Below, in pieces: positions 52,001-60,263 of a stretch of DNA of 64,000 nt. A program made the translations under genes and the position numbers. Numbering within the stretch: the stretch's first letter is position 1; every line of letters starts with the position of its first letter. Source of the DNA: Planctomycetota bacterium (GTDB taxonomy: Bacteria > Planctomycetota > B15-G4 > SIAN01); contig JANNXA010000014.1 of NCBI GenBank assembly GCA_031409275.1, positions 160,001 to 224,000 on the forward strand, given 5' to 3'. The notes under the pieces were generated by a model, which was not told the DNA's origin, made no database searches, and worked only from the letters and a program-made list of their open reading frames with translations.

Positions 52001-52174
52001 GCGCGGACCGCTGCCCTCATCGACGAGGCGTCCGTAGTTCACATCGTTCAGGCGGAACCCTGAACTCTTGGTGCCGGCTGGCGATCCACCGCCGCCCGAG
52101 CACGCGCCGATCGCAAACAAGGCGGCGGTCGAGAGCACGCCCAGGAGTCGGGGAGGACGGTTCGAGCGGAACAT
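49049..52174 (-). CDS. Large beta-rich lipoprotein, paralog 1 of tandem triplet
   Basis: GAGGAG RBS; lipobox-like AIGA-C followed by SGGGGS; Ig-like LEFSAPID and VRFTEPM motifs. Confidence 0.8.
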   Translation of the reverse strand: MFRSNRPPRLLGVLSTAALFAIGACSGGGGSPAGTKSSGFRLNDVNYGRLVDEGSGPRLVSPLTTVEIDAVTGLALPGTLQPLAGGVDLDAPQSLGLGSSYLPRVIPRNCVLQLEFSAPIDASSLRADEIDANGALVTAGSVQVRQQDGTPVPVEITQVGARTIWINPSGATSVGFPESPVNFGPSGEPRADATGFLKLRLPRTGPSVLRSTGGAFLGARTDGLGEVATPIGINPGNRVLDFIAQNQLIPTNETYNGFLPDVSVPRIVRTLADTRVVDLVGGDVAGASSVRFAGASFSTLSKSGRGEWAGAKLVLRPGAPAEETHVISGNSVDTVTINGLFTLLPQDGDTCRLERAELFEPELTDPIDPTRFDADNPQNGANASLANFVEAWEIDGSGNVVAGPLDLRNTLPTFCELRVRFTEPMADDSFLQWETFRVSASPDGGELQELLTDVSLDSTQTVATIRPIRVDQAAGTFEVVGWGKNSKNLQLAITSVPRASYLQQKLGSSAYTTFLDDGVRGIVDLGGQPVGFPDSRFDPAQPAILYTTTFTAAEAAITQPNPPVARSWGVIVHRMRGRPVTGIDPATGLPGVGYRDQPNYYRPIPDVNLQTNGVLAGSPVVFVTKIHDEFFPPEGQFSKLFTGLPEPLNSNVTAQGQPHDGARFQTVWRDFDCSPNSVALAGTLLDLYRVSWAPIGGNVTTDTYDDISIHCAHSPMRPISQNNTGAASFPDSGMSVPFDYTSFIDLIDGGTSPCANATCFGDDGPNYWDTLVTCVQPGTKYRVTQGNLFTPPGDGNAWHPWPEFTVPFQYNNGDIPQAEKDLRTTVNSTYSCGSNEWDDYRTSNNANVGGDSLLFEVRVRPQNTVVSGQNGFSFVIGCLIDFLGKPRWRVGSQGSPASKLNPDNINGSVAARCATGNATSISPIPGDNSRYLAVFDYVKTTSRITSPYVRVFPTNTLLPDYFPAILDPPPSTQPVGTSVTLEFEGSNGIKGAGGTGFSTSVDTCDTRQNVAFRATLVGSKSTFLLPNVETIAIPYLRPSGS

Positions 52175-52459
52175 CGGTGGCTCCTCGCGGATGCGGCCAG
52201 CGAGGAGCGTCGACCCACGGATGCGATCGAGGGCGCGGCTCGGCGGCCACTCTCCCTTACTGCGCAGCGTGTGCCGTTCGTGCCACTGCAGCTTCCCGGG
52301 GGAAGCACGCGCGCCGCTCCACCGATCGTGCGACACCGAACATGTTCCAGCTCGCAGCGCTCGCGCTCCGCCCGGGCGCCCCGCGCCCATGGGGACGTCC
52401 GCGGTGAAGCGCGTCAGCGACCGCGAGCCTGCGCGGCGATGGATCGCCGCCGACCGCGC

Positions 52460-55400
52460 TCAGCTTCCGGAAGGCCGCAGGAACGGGATCGCCACGGTGT
52501 CGAGGTTCGGGAGCAGCAACGATTGCTTGTTGCCGACCAGAGTCGCGCGAAACGCGATGTTGCCCTTGGTGTCGGCGATATCGACGACAGTCGAGAAACC
52601 GGTTCCGCTCGCGCCCTTCGTCGAAGTCGCCCCTTCGAACTCCAAGGTGACCGAGGTACCGACCGGCTGCGAGGAGGGCGGCGGATCGATGATCGCCGCG
52701 AAGTAGTCAGGGAGCACCGTGTTCGTCGGGTAGACGCGGACGTAGGGCGAAGTGATCCGCGACGTCGTCTTCACGTAGTCGAAAACGCCGAGGTAGCGCG
52801 AGTTGTCGCCGGGCACCGGCGCGGTCGAGGTCGTGTTGCCTTTGGCGCAGCGGGCTGCCGGCTGGTTGAGGTTGTCGGGGAAGAGCCGGGTCGTCGGCGA
52901 CCCTTGCGAACCGACCCGCCATCGCGGGTTGCCAGCGAAGTCGATGAGGCAGCCGATGACGAACGAGAAGCCGTTGCGACCGGTGACCGTCGTCGTTTGC
53001 GGACGCACGCGCACCTCGAACAGGAGGCTGTCGCCGCCAAGGTTCCCGAAGCCGCCGCTTCGATAGTCCCCCCACTCCTCGCCGCAGCCGTTGTAGGTGC
53101 TGTTGACCGAACTGCGCAGGTCCTTCTCGGCCTGCGGGATATCGCCGTTGTTGTACTGGAACGGCACGGTGAACTGCGGCCACGGATGCCAGGAGTTGCC
53201 GTCACCGGGCGGCGTGAAGAGGTTGTCCTGCGTCACACGGTATTTGGTCCCCGGCTGCACCGTCGTGACCAGGGTGTCCCAGTGGTTGGGCGCATGATCG
53301 GAACCGCAGAAGGCGCCTGGGCACGGGTTCGATCCGCTGCCGTCGATGAAGTCGATGAAGGTCGCGTAGTCGAACGGAATGCTCATGCCGCTCGAGGGAT
53401 AGGAAGCTCCGCCGGTGTTGTTCTGGGAGATCGGCCGCATCGGCGAGTGGGCGCAGTGAATCGAGATGTTGTCGTAGTTGTCGGTCGAGACGTTGCCGCC
53501 GATCGGCGCCCAGCTCACTCGGTAGAGGTCGAGCAGCGTGCCGGCCAGCGCAGCGCTGTTGGGCGAGCAGTCGAAATCGCGCCACACCGTCTGGAAGCGA
53601 GCTCCATCGTGCGGCTGATTCTGCGCCGTGACGTTGGAAGCAAGCGGTTCCGGAAGGCCGGTGAAGAGCTTCGAGAACTGCCCTTCCGGCGGGAAGTACT
53701 CGTCGTGGATCTTGGTGACATAGACCACCGGCGAGCCTGCCAGCAGGCCGTTGGTCTGCAGGTTGACGTCCGGAATCGGTCGGTAGTAGTTCGGCTGATC
53801 GCGATAGCCGATGCCCGGCAGCCCCGTCGCCGGATCGATGCCGGTGACCGGCCGTCCGCGCATGCGATGGACGAGCACGCCCCAGCTCCGCGCAACCGGA
53901 GGATTGGGCTGGGTGATCGCCGCCTCGGAAGCGGAAAAGGTCGTGGTGTAGCGGATCTCGGGTCGGGCGGGATCGAAGCGCGAGTCAGGGAACCCCACCG
54001 GCTGTCCGCCGAGGTCGACCACGCCGCGAACGCCGCTGTCGAGGAACTCGGTGTACGCCGAGGAGCCGAGCTTCTGCTGGAGATAGCTTGCGCGCGGCAC
54101 GCTGGTGATCGCGAGCTGGAGGTTCTTGGTGTTTTTGCCCCAGCCCACCAGCTCGAAGGTGCCGGCAGCCTGGTCGAGTCGGATCGGGCGGATGATCGCG
54201 GTGGTCTGCGTGACATCGAGCGCCACGTCGGTCAGCAGTTCCTGGAGTTCGCCGGCGTCGGGGCTTGGCGAGACGCGGAACGTCTCCCACTGCAGCACCG
54301 AGTCGTCGTCGATCGGCTCGCTGAAGCGAACGCGCAGCTCGGAGAAGGTCGGCAGCGCGTCACGCAGCGAGATCGGCCCCGCCACGACATTTCCCGCCGC
54401 GTCGATCTCCCATCCCTCGACGAAGCTCGCGAGGCTGGTGTTCTCGGCGTTCTGGGGGTTGTCGGCGTCGAAGCGCGTGGTGTCGATCGGATCGGTGAGC
54501 TCAGGCTCGAAGAGCTCGATTCGCTCGAGCTGGCACGCATCGCCATCCTGCGGTGGCAGGACGAAGTTCGACTCGACGCTGATCGTGTCGACCGTGTTGC
54601 CGACGACGACCCGCGTCTCCTCGTCGGGCGCACCTGGCCGCACCACGAGCTTGGCACCGGCCCACTCCCCGAGACCGCCCTTCGCCAGAGTTGAGAACGC
54701 GGCCGCGATGAACCGCACGCTCGCCGCGCCCACGACGTCACCGCTGCCGAGATCGACCACGTGCCGATCCGCGTAGGTCCGCACGATCCGCGGCACCGAA
54801 ACGTCGGGCAGGAAACCGTTGTAGGTCTCGTTGGTCGGGATCAGCTGGTTCTGCGCGATGAAGTCGAGGACGCGGTTGCCGGGATTGAGGCCGACGGGGG
54901 TCGCCAGTTCGCCGAGCCCATCGGAACGCGCGCCCAGGAAGGCACCTCCCGTCGAACGGAGGATGCGCGACCCGTTACGCGGCAGGCGCAGCTTGAGGAA
55001 TCCCGTCGCGTCGGCGCGCGGCTCTCCGGAAGGCCCGAAATCGACGGGACTCGGCGGGAAACCGATGCCGCTCGCGGCGACGGGATCGATCCAGAGGGTG
55101 CGCGCGCCCGCCAACGTGACGACGACTGGAATCGGCGTTCCGTCCTGCAACCGAACCTGCACCGAGCCGGCGGTGACCAGCGCCCCGTTGGCGTCGATCA
55201 CATCGGCGGCGACCGAGGCCGGATCGATGGGAGCCGAGAACTCGAGCTGCAGGATTCCGTTGCGCGGCACCACGCGCGGCAAATAGCTCGATCCGAGGCC
55301 GAGCGACTGGAGGGAATCGACGTCGCCTCCCGACGCCAGCGGGGCGAGCGTGCCCGGAACGATGCGGCCGGTCGTGAGGTCGGTGTCGACCGTGGTGAGC

Positions 55401-55588
55401 GGACTCACGAGCCGCGGCCCGCTGCCGTCGTCGACGAGTCGACCGTACTTCACGTCGTTCAGGAGAAAGCCCGAGCTCTTCTTTCCTTGCGACGTTCCAC
55501 CGCCTCCGCCTGAACAGGCGGACACCGCCAGCAGCCCAGCGGAGGCCAGAACGAGCTTCGGCGATCGTGCGCGAAGGGAGTTCAACAT
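52460..55588 (-). CDS. Large beta-rich lipoprotein, paralog 2 of tandem triplet
   Basis: GGGGA RBS; AVSA-C followed by SGGGGG; colinear with paralogs 1 and 3. Confidence 0.8.
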   Translation of the reverse strand: MLNSLRARSPKLVLASAGLLAVSACSGGGGGTSQGKKSSGFLLNDVKYGRLVDDGSGPRLVSPLTTVDTDLTTGRIVPGTLAPLASGGDVDSLQSLGLGSSYLPRVVPRNGILQLEFSAPIDPASVAADVIDANGALVTAGSVQVRLQDGTPIPVVVTLAGARTLWIDPVAASGIGFPPSPVDFGPSGEPRADATGFLKLRLPRNGSRILRSTGGAFLGARSDGLGELATPVGLNPGNRVLDFIAQNQLIPTNETYNGFLPDVSVPRIVRTYADRHVVDLGSGDVVGAASVRFIAAAFSTLAKGGLGEWAGAKLVVRPGAPDEETRVVVGNTVDTISVESNFVLPPQDGDACQLERIELFEPELTDPIDTTRFDADNPQNAENTSLASFVEGWEIDAAGNVVAGPISLRDALPTFSELRVRFSEPIDDDSVLQWETFRVSPSPDAGELQELLTDVALDVTQTTAIIRPIRLDQAAGTFELVGWGKNTKNLQLAITSVPRASYLQQKLGSSAYTEFLDSGVRGVVDLGGQPVGFPDSRFDPARPEIRYTTTFSASEAAITQPNPPVARSWGVLVHRMRGRPVTGIDPATGLPGIGYRDQPNYYRPIPDVNLQTNGLLAGSPVVYVTKIHDEYFPPEGQFSKLFTGLPEPLASNVTAQNQPHDGARFQTVWRDFDCSPNSAALAGTLLDLYRVSWAPIGGNVSTDNYDNISIHCAHSPMRPISQNNTGGASYPSSGMSIPFDYATFIDFIDGSGSNPCPGAFCGSDHAPNHWDTLVTTVQPGTKYRVTQDNLFTPPGDGNSWHPWPQFTVPFQYNNGDIPQAEKDLRSSVNSTYNGCGEEWGDYRSGGFGNLGGDSLLFEVRVRPQTTTVTGRNGFSFVIGCLIDFAGNPRWRVGSQGSPTTRLFPDNLNQPAARCAKGNTTSTAPVPGDNSRYLGVFDYVKTTSRITSPYVRVYPTNTVLPDYFAAIIDPPPSSQPVGTSVTLEFEGATSTKGASGTGFSTVVDIADTKGNIAFRATLVGNKQSLLLPNLDTVAIPFLRPSGS

Positions 55589-55668
55589 CGGCGAGTCCCC
55601 AGGATCGGGAGCGGTAACGACCAGCGGCGCCAACCGCGGAGATCATGGCACGATCGAACCGAAAACGA

Positions 55669-55698
55669 TGTCGAGCGGGCCATGGGGCCCGCTCGACA
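55669..55698 (-). terminator. Perfect 13-bp hairpin between paralogs 3 and 2
   Basis: TGTCGAGCGGGCC-N4-GGCCCGCTCGACA, followed on the minus strand by TCGTTTT. Confidence 0.6.
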
Positions 55699-55747
55699 AG
55701 AAGAAAGTGCTTAGCAGAGCAGGTCAGATCAAGCGACCGGCTCGCGA

Positions 55748-58700
55748 TCAGGTGCCGGAAGGCCGCAGATACGGGATCGCCACGGTGTCGCAGTTGGGAA
55801 GCAGCAAGGTCGAAATATTGCCGGTCAGTGTGGCGCGGAACGCGACGTTGGGCTTGGTGTCGCAGATGTCGACGCTCGTCGAGAAGCCAGTGCCGGACGC
55901 GCCCTTGATGGTGGTGGCCCCTTCGAATTCGAAGGTGACCGAAGTGCCGACCGGCTGGCTGCTGACCGGCGGATCGACGATCACCGGGAAGTAATCCGGC
56001 AGCAGCGTTCCGGACGGGAAGACGCGGACATACGGCGAGGTGATGCGTGAGGTCGTCTTCACGTAGTCGAAGACGCCGAGGTAGCGCGAGCTGTCGCCCG
56101 GGTTCGGCGTCGCGGACGTCTGATTGCCGACGGCGCAACGCGCGGCCGCCGAGGTGTTGATGTTGTCGGGCTGCAGACGCGATGTCGGCGAGCCTTCCGA
56201 ATGCGCGCGCCAGTCCGGCTTGCCGGACGCATCGATCAGGCAGCCGATGACGTAGGAGAAGCCGTTGAGGCCGGTGATGAGGCCTTGCTGCGGCCGGATG
56301 CGCACCTCGAAAAGGAGGCTGTCGCCGCCCTTGTTGTCGACGAAGGGATCGGAGTTGTAGTCGCGGTAGTCGACCCAGGGGTTCCCGCCCTGGCAGGTGA
56401 AGTCATCGTTGATCGACTTGATGAGGTCTTTTTCCGCGGTCGGGGTGTCGCCGTTGTTGTACTGGAAGCGCACGTCGAAGGTCGGCCACGGATGCCACGC
56501 GTTTCCGTCGAACGGCGGCGTGAAGAGGTTGCTCTGGGTGATCTTGTACTTCGTCCCGGGCTGGACCACGGTCACCAGGGTGTCCCAGTAGTGCGGCCCG
56601 TCGTTCGACGAGCAGGTGGTCCCGGCGCACGGGTCGTTGCCGCCGCCATCGAACTCGTCGACCCAGGTCGCATAGTCGAACGGGACGCCGAGTCCGCTCT
56701 GCGGATAGGTCGCAGCCGCGGTGTCGTTCGCCGAATTCGGTCGGATCGGCGAGTGCGCGCAATGGACCGAGATGTTGTCGTAGCTGTCGGTGCTGACGTT
56801 GCCGCCGATGGGCGCCCAGCTCACGCGGTAGAGATCGAGCAACGTCCCGGCGAGACCAAGGCTGTTGGGCGAGCAGTCGATGTCGCGGAACACCGACTGG
56901 AAACGCGCGCCGTCGTGCGCCGAGTTCTGCGCCGTCAGGTTCGTGGTGATCGGCTCGGGCAATCCGTTGAAGAGCTTCGAGAACTGGCCGATCGGCGGCG
57001 GGAAGAACTCGTCGTGGATCTTGGTGATGTAGACCACCGGCGAGCCGGCGAGCAGGCCGTTCGTCTGGAGATTCACGTCCGCGATCGGCAGGTAGTAGTT
57101 GGTCTGGTCCCGGAAGCCGACGCCGGGCTTCCCGGTGGCCGGATCGAGACCGGTCACGGGCCGTCCGCGCATGCGGTGCACCATGACGCCCCAGCTGCTC
57201 ACGACGGGTGGCACCGGCTGCGTCGACGCCGTCTCAGCCGACGTGAACGTCGTGAAGAAGCGGATCGCTGGGGACGCCGAATCGAAGCGCGACAGCGGGA
57301 ACCCAAGCGGCTGACCGCCGAGGTCGAGCACTCCGCGAAATCCGAGGTCGAGGAACGAGTCGTACTCTGCGGTCGTCAGGAACTGCTGCAGGAACGTGGC
57401 GCGCGGAATCGTCGAGATGGTCAGCTGGAGGTTCTTGGTGTTCTTGCCCCAACCGGTGATCTGGAACGTTCCCGCCGCCTGATCGACGCGCGCCGGACGG
57501 ATCGTCGCAACGGTCTGCGTCGAGTCGAGGAAGACCTCGGTCAGGAGCTCCTGGGTTTCGCCGCCGTCAGGATTCAGCGAGACACGGAAGGTCTCCCACT
57601 GCCGGAAGGAGTCGTCCGCCATCGGCTCGCTGAAGCGAACTCGCAGCTCCGAGAAAGAGGGCACCGCCGTACGCAAGCTGGTCGGACCGGCGACGGCGTT
57701 GCCGGCGGCGTCGATCTCGTAGACCTCGACGAAATTGGCGAGGCTCGAGTTGTTGAGGTTCTCCGGGTTGTCGGCGTCGAACAGCAACGGATCGATGGGA
57801 TCGGTGAGATCGGGCTCGAAGTACTCGGTCCGCTTCAACTCGTAGGCGTCGCCGTTCTGGGGCTGCGTTGCGAACGCCGTCGACAGCACGAGCGTGTCAC
57901 CGTCGTTCGAGACGATCGAGAGCGTCTCCTCGCTCGAGGTCCCGGGTCGCAGGACGAGGCTCGCGCCCGCCCACTCGCCGAGGCCGCCATTGGAGCTGGT
58001 GTTGTCGTTGGAAGAGACGTCGTTCAGCGAGGTCGCCGTGGCGCTGTCACCCGCGAGGGTGTCGAAGGTCCGCGGCACGTCGTAGATGCGCACGATGCGC
58101 GGGATCGACAGGTCCGGCAGGAAGCCGTTGAAGGTTTCGTTGGTGGGGATGAGCTGGTTCTGAGCGATGAAGTCGAGGACGCGATTGCCGGGGTTGACGC
58201 CGATCGGCGTGGCGACTTCGCCGAGCCGGTCCGAGCGCTGCCCGAGGAATGCGCCGCCGGTCGAGCGCAGGATGTTCGCGCCCGTTCGCGGCAGTCGCAA
58301 CTTGAGGTAGCCGGTGGCGTCGGCGCGCGGCTCGCCGCTCGGCCCGAAGTCGACTGGACTTGCCGGGAATCCCACCTGACCGTTGGCAACCGGGTTGATC
58401 CAGATCGTGCGCGCGCCGACAAGGCGCACCTCGACCGGCACCGGCGTCCCATCTTCGAGGCGCACTTGGACCGAGCCTGCGGTGACCAACGCGCCGTTGC
58501 CGTTGATGGTGTCGGCGACGACCGACGCCGCCGCGACGGGCGCGGAGAATTCGAGCTGAAGGACCGCGTTGCGCGGCACGACCCGCGGCAAGTAGCCCGT
58601 CCCGAGACCGAGCGACTGCGGAGCGAAGACGTCGACGCCAACCGCGAGTGGCTCGAGCGTTCCCGGGATGAGGTCACCCGTGATCGGATCGACCTGCGCC

Positions 58701-58894
58701 GTCGTCAACGGGCTGACGAGCGACTCGTTCACGCCGTCGTCGATGAGGCGGCCGTACTTGACGTCGTTCAGCAGGAACGAGGCGCTCTTGCCGCCGGCCG
58801 AACTCGACCCGCCGCCCCCGCCGCAGTTCACGATCAGGCCGCTCGCTACGAGCAACGTCGCCCAGGAGCCGACTCGCTTCGAACCCATGCTCAT
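55748..58894 (-). CDS. Large beta-rich lipoprotein, paralog 3 of tandem triplet
   Basis: GGGAG RBS; LIVN-C followed by GGGGGS; colinear with paralogs 1 and 2; start 58894 or 58888. Confidence 0.8.
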   Translation of the reverse strand: MSMGSKRVGSWATLLVASGLIVNCGGGGGSSSAGGKSASFLLNDVKYGRLIDDGVNESLVSPLTTAQVDPITGDLIPGTLEPLAVGVDVFAPQSLGLGTGYLPRVVPRNAVLQLEFSAPVAAASVVADTINGNGALVTAGSVQVRLEDGTPVPVEVRLVGARTIWINPVANGQVGFPASPVDFGPSGEPRADATGYLKLRLPRTGANILRSTGGAFLGQRSDRLGEVATPIGVNPGNRVLDFIAQNQLIPTNETFNGFLPDLSIPRIVRIYDVPRTFDTLAGDSATATSLNDVSSNDNTSSNGGLGEWAGASLVLRPGTSSEETLSIVSNDGDTLVLSTAFATQPQNGDAYELKRTEYFEPDLTDPIDPLLFDADNPENLNNSSLANFVEVYEIDAAGNAVAGPTSLRTAVPSFSELRVRFSEPMADDSFRQWETFRVSLNPDGGETQELLTEVFLDSTQTVATIRPARVDQAAGTFQITGWGKNTKNLQLTISTIPRATFLQQFLTTAEYDSFLDLGFRGVLDLGGQPLGFPLSRFDSASPAIRFFTTFTSAETASTQPVPPVVSSWGVMVHRMRGRPVTGLDPATGKPGVGFRDQTNYYLPIADVNLQTNGLLAGSPVVYITKIHDEFFPPPIGQFSKLFNGLPEPITTNLTAQNSAHDGARFQSVFRDIDCSPNSLGLAGTLLDLYRVSWAPIGGNVSTDSYDNISVHCAHSPIRPNSANDTAAATYPQSGLGVPFDYATWVDEFDGGGNDPCAGTTCSSNDGPHYWDTLVTVVQPGTKYKITQSNLFTPPFDGNAWHPWPTFDVRFQYNNGDTPTAEKDLIKSINDDFTCQGGNPWVDYRDYNSDPFVDNKGGDSLLFEVRIRPQQGLITGLNGFSYVIGCLIDASGKPDWRAHSEGSPTSRLQPDNINTSAAARCAVGNQTSATPNPGDSSRYLGVFDYVKTTSRITSPYVRVFPSGTLLPDYFPVIVDPPVSSQPVGTSVTFEFEGATTIKGASGTGFSTSVDICDTKPNVAFRATLTGNISTLLLPNCDTVAIPYLRPSGT

Positions 58895-59143
58895 GCTTTC
58901 GACTCCCAACAACGAACGATCGCCGCAGAGGCGTCACGCCCCGCGGGATCCGATGGCCCGTTTCTCTCTCGCTTGCGGCAACTCCCGAGTAGCCGCCCGA
59001 GCGCTCCCTGCAACATCCCGCGAGGAAGTCGTCACGACACGCGGCAGTGTAGCGGTGAAGCCGCGCTAAGATGCCGCGCCCTCCGCGGCCTGGCCAGCCC
59101 CCACCGGCCCACCGGCGCCGCCCTCCTCGGAGCTGTCTTCCCC

Positions 59144-60247
59144 ATGGCCAAGCCGTCCGCCGCCGCCACTTACGCCCAGTCCGGGGTGAGCTTCGACCGC
59201 AAGGAGACGTTCCTGGGCGCGCTGCTGCGCTGGGTCAAACGAACCGAGACGATCCCGGCCGCCGGCCAGCGACCCCTTCTCCCGAACGGCTACTACGCGA
59301 GCGTCCTCGACATCGGATTGCCGACGGCCATCGCGCTGACCACGGACGGCGTGGGCAGCAAGATCCTGATCGCGGAAGCGGCCGGCGACTTCTCCTCGCT
59401 CGGGTTCGACGTCGTTGCGATGAACGTGAACGACCTGCTCTGCGTCGGAGCGATGCCGGTCGCGCTCGTCGATTACATCGCCATGCAGGCTCCGCCGACC
59501 GCCGTCGGTGAAGCGCTCGGCAAGAGCCTCTACCTCGCGGCCAAGCAGGCGGGGATCTCGATCCCTGGCGGCGAGCTCGCGCAACTCCCCGACATGATCT
59601 GCGGCCTCGCCCCGGGACAGGGGCTCGACCTCGCCGCTGCCGCCATCGGCACCGTGGAGAAGGAACACGCCAGCAATGGCCAGGGCATCGAGCCGGGCGA
59701 CGTGCTGATCGGCATCGCGTCGAACGGCGTGCACAGCAACGGCTACACGCTCGTGCGCGAGATCTGCTTCAAGCGCCGCAAGTTCAAGATCGACCTCGCC
59801 GTCCCGGAGTTCGGCGGCACGCTCGGTGCCGAGCTGCTGCGCCCGACCGCGATCTACGTCCCGCAGTTCCGCGCGCTCGCCGCGAAATCGCTGCGCCCGC
59901 GCGCGGCGATGCACATCACCGGCGGCGGCTACCTGAACCTGCTGCGCGCCGCCACGAAGAACATCACCTTCGTCATCGACACGCCGCCCGCGATCCCGCC
60001 GGTCTTCACCTTCCTCCAGCGCGAAGGCAAGGTGACCGACGAGGAGATGCACCGCGTCTTCAACCTCGGCGTCGGCATGGTCCTGGTCGTGCCGGCGGCC
60101 AACGTCACCGCGACGCTCGCCGTGCTCGGCAAGCGCGGCTGGCCGAAGGCGAGCGTGATCGGACGCGTCGAGAAGGGGCGCGGCAAGAGCGTCCGCTTCC
60201 CGACCCGCGAGCTCGTCGGCCGCGGCGACGAGTTCACGCGCAGCTGA
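59144..60247 (+). CDS. purM: Phosphoribosylformylglycinamidine cyclo-ligase (AIR synthetase)
   Basis: TYAQSGV, TDGVGSK, AMNVND, GGE, SNGVHSNGYTL, LLRPTAIY, HITGGG, EMHRVFNLGVGM. Confidence 0.92.
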   Translation: MAKPSAAATYAQSGVSFDRKETFLGALLRWVKRTETIPAAGQRPLLPNGYYASVLDIGLPTAIALTTDGVGSKILIAEAAGDFSSLGFDVVAMNVNDLLCVGAMPVALVDYIAMQAPPTAVGEALGKSLYLAAKQAGISIPGGELAQLPDMICGLAPGQGLDLAAAAIGTVEKEHASNGQGIEPGDVLIGIASNGVHSNGYTLVREICFKRRKFKIDLAVPEFGGTLGAELLRPTAIYVPQFRALAAKSLRPRAAMHITGGGYLNLLRAATKNITFVIDTPPAIPPVFTFLQREGKVTDEEMHRVFNLGVGMVLVVPAANVTATLAVLGKRGWPKASVIGRVEKGRGKSVRFPTRELVGRGDEFTRS

Positions 60248-60263
60248 GGCCGGCGCTCGCGGT

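Noticed and set aside
52262..52286. Sigma-54 promoter (TGGCAC/CGGCAC on the minus strand) upstream of paralog 1
   Set aside because: No TTGC at the required spacing
52338..52347. LexA-type SOS box (GAACATGTTC)
   Set aside because: Spacing is N2 rather than the GAAC-N4-GTTC pattern, and no DNA-repair gene is adjacent
49049..58894. Diversity-generating retroelement or recombinational shufflon behind the paralog variability
   Set aside because: No reverse transcriptase, recombinase or template/variable repeat pair with adenine-specific differences was seen; differences include indels and synonymous changes, as in ordinary paralog divergence
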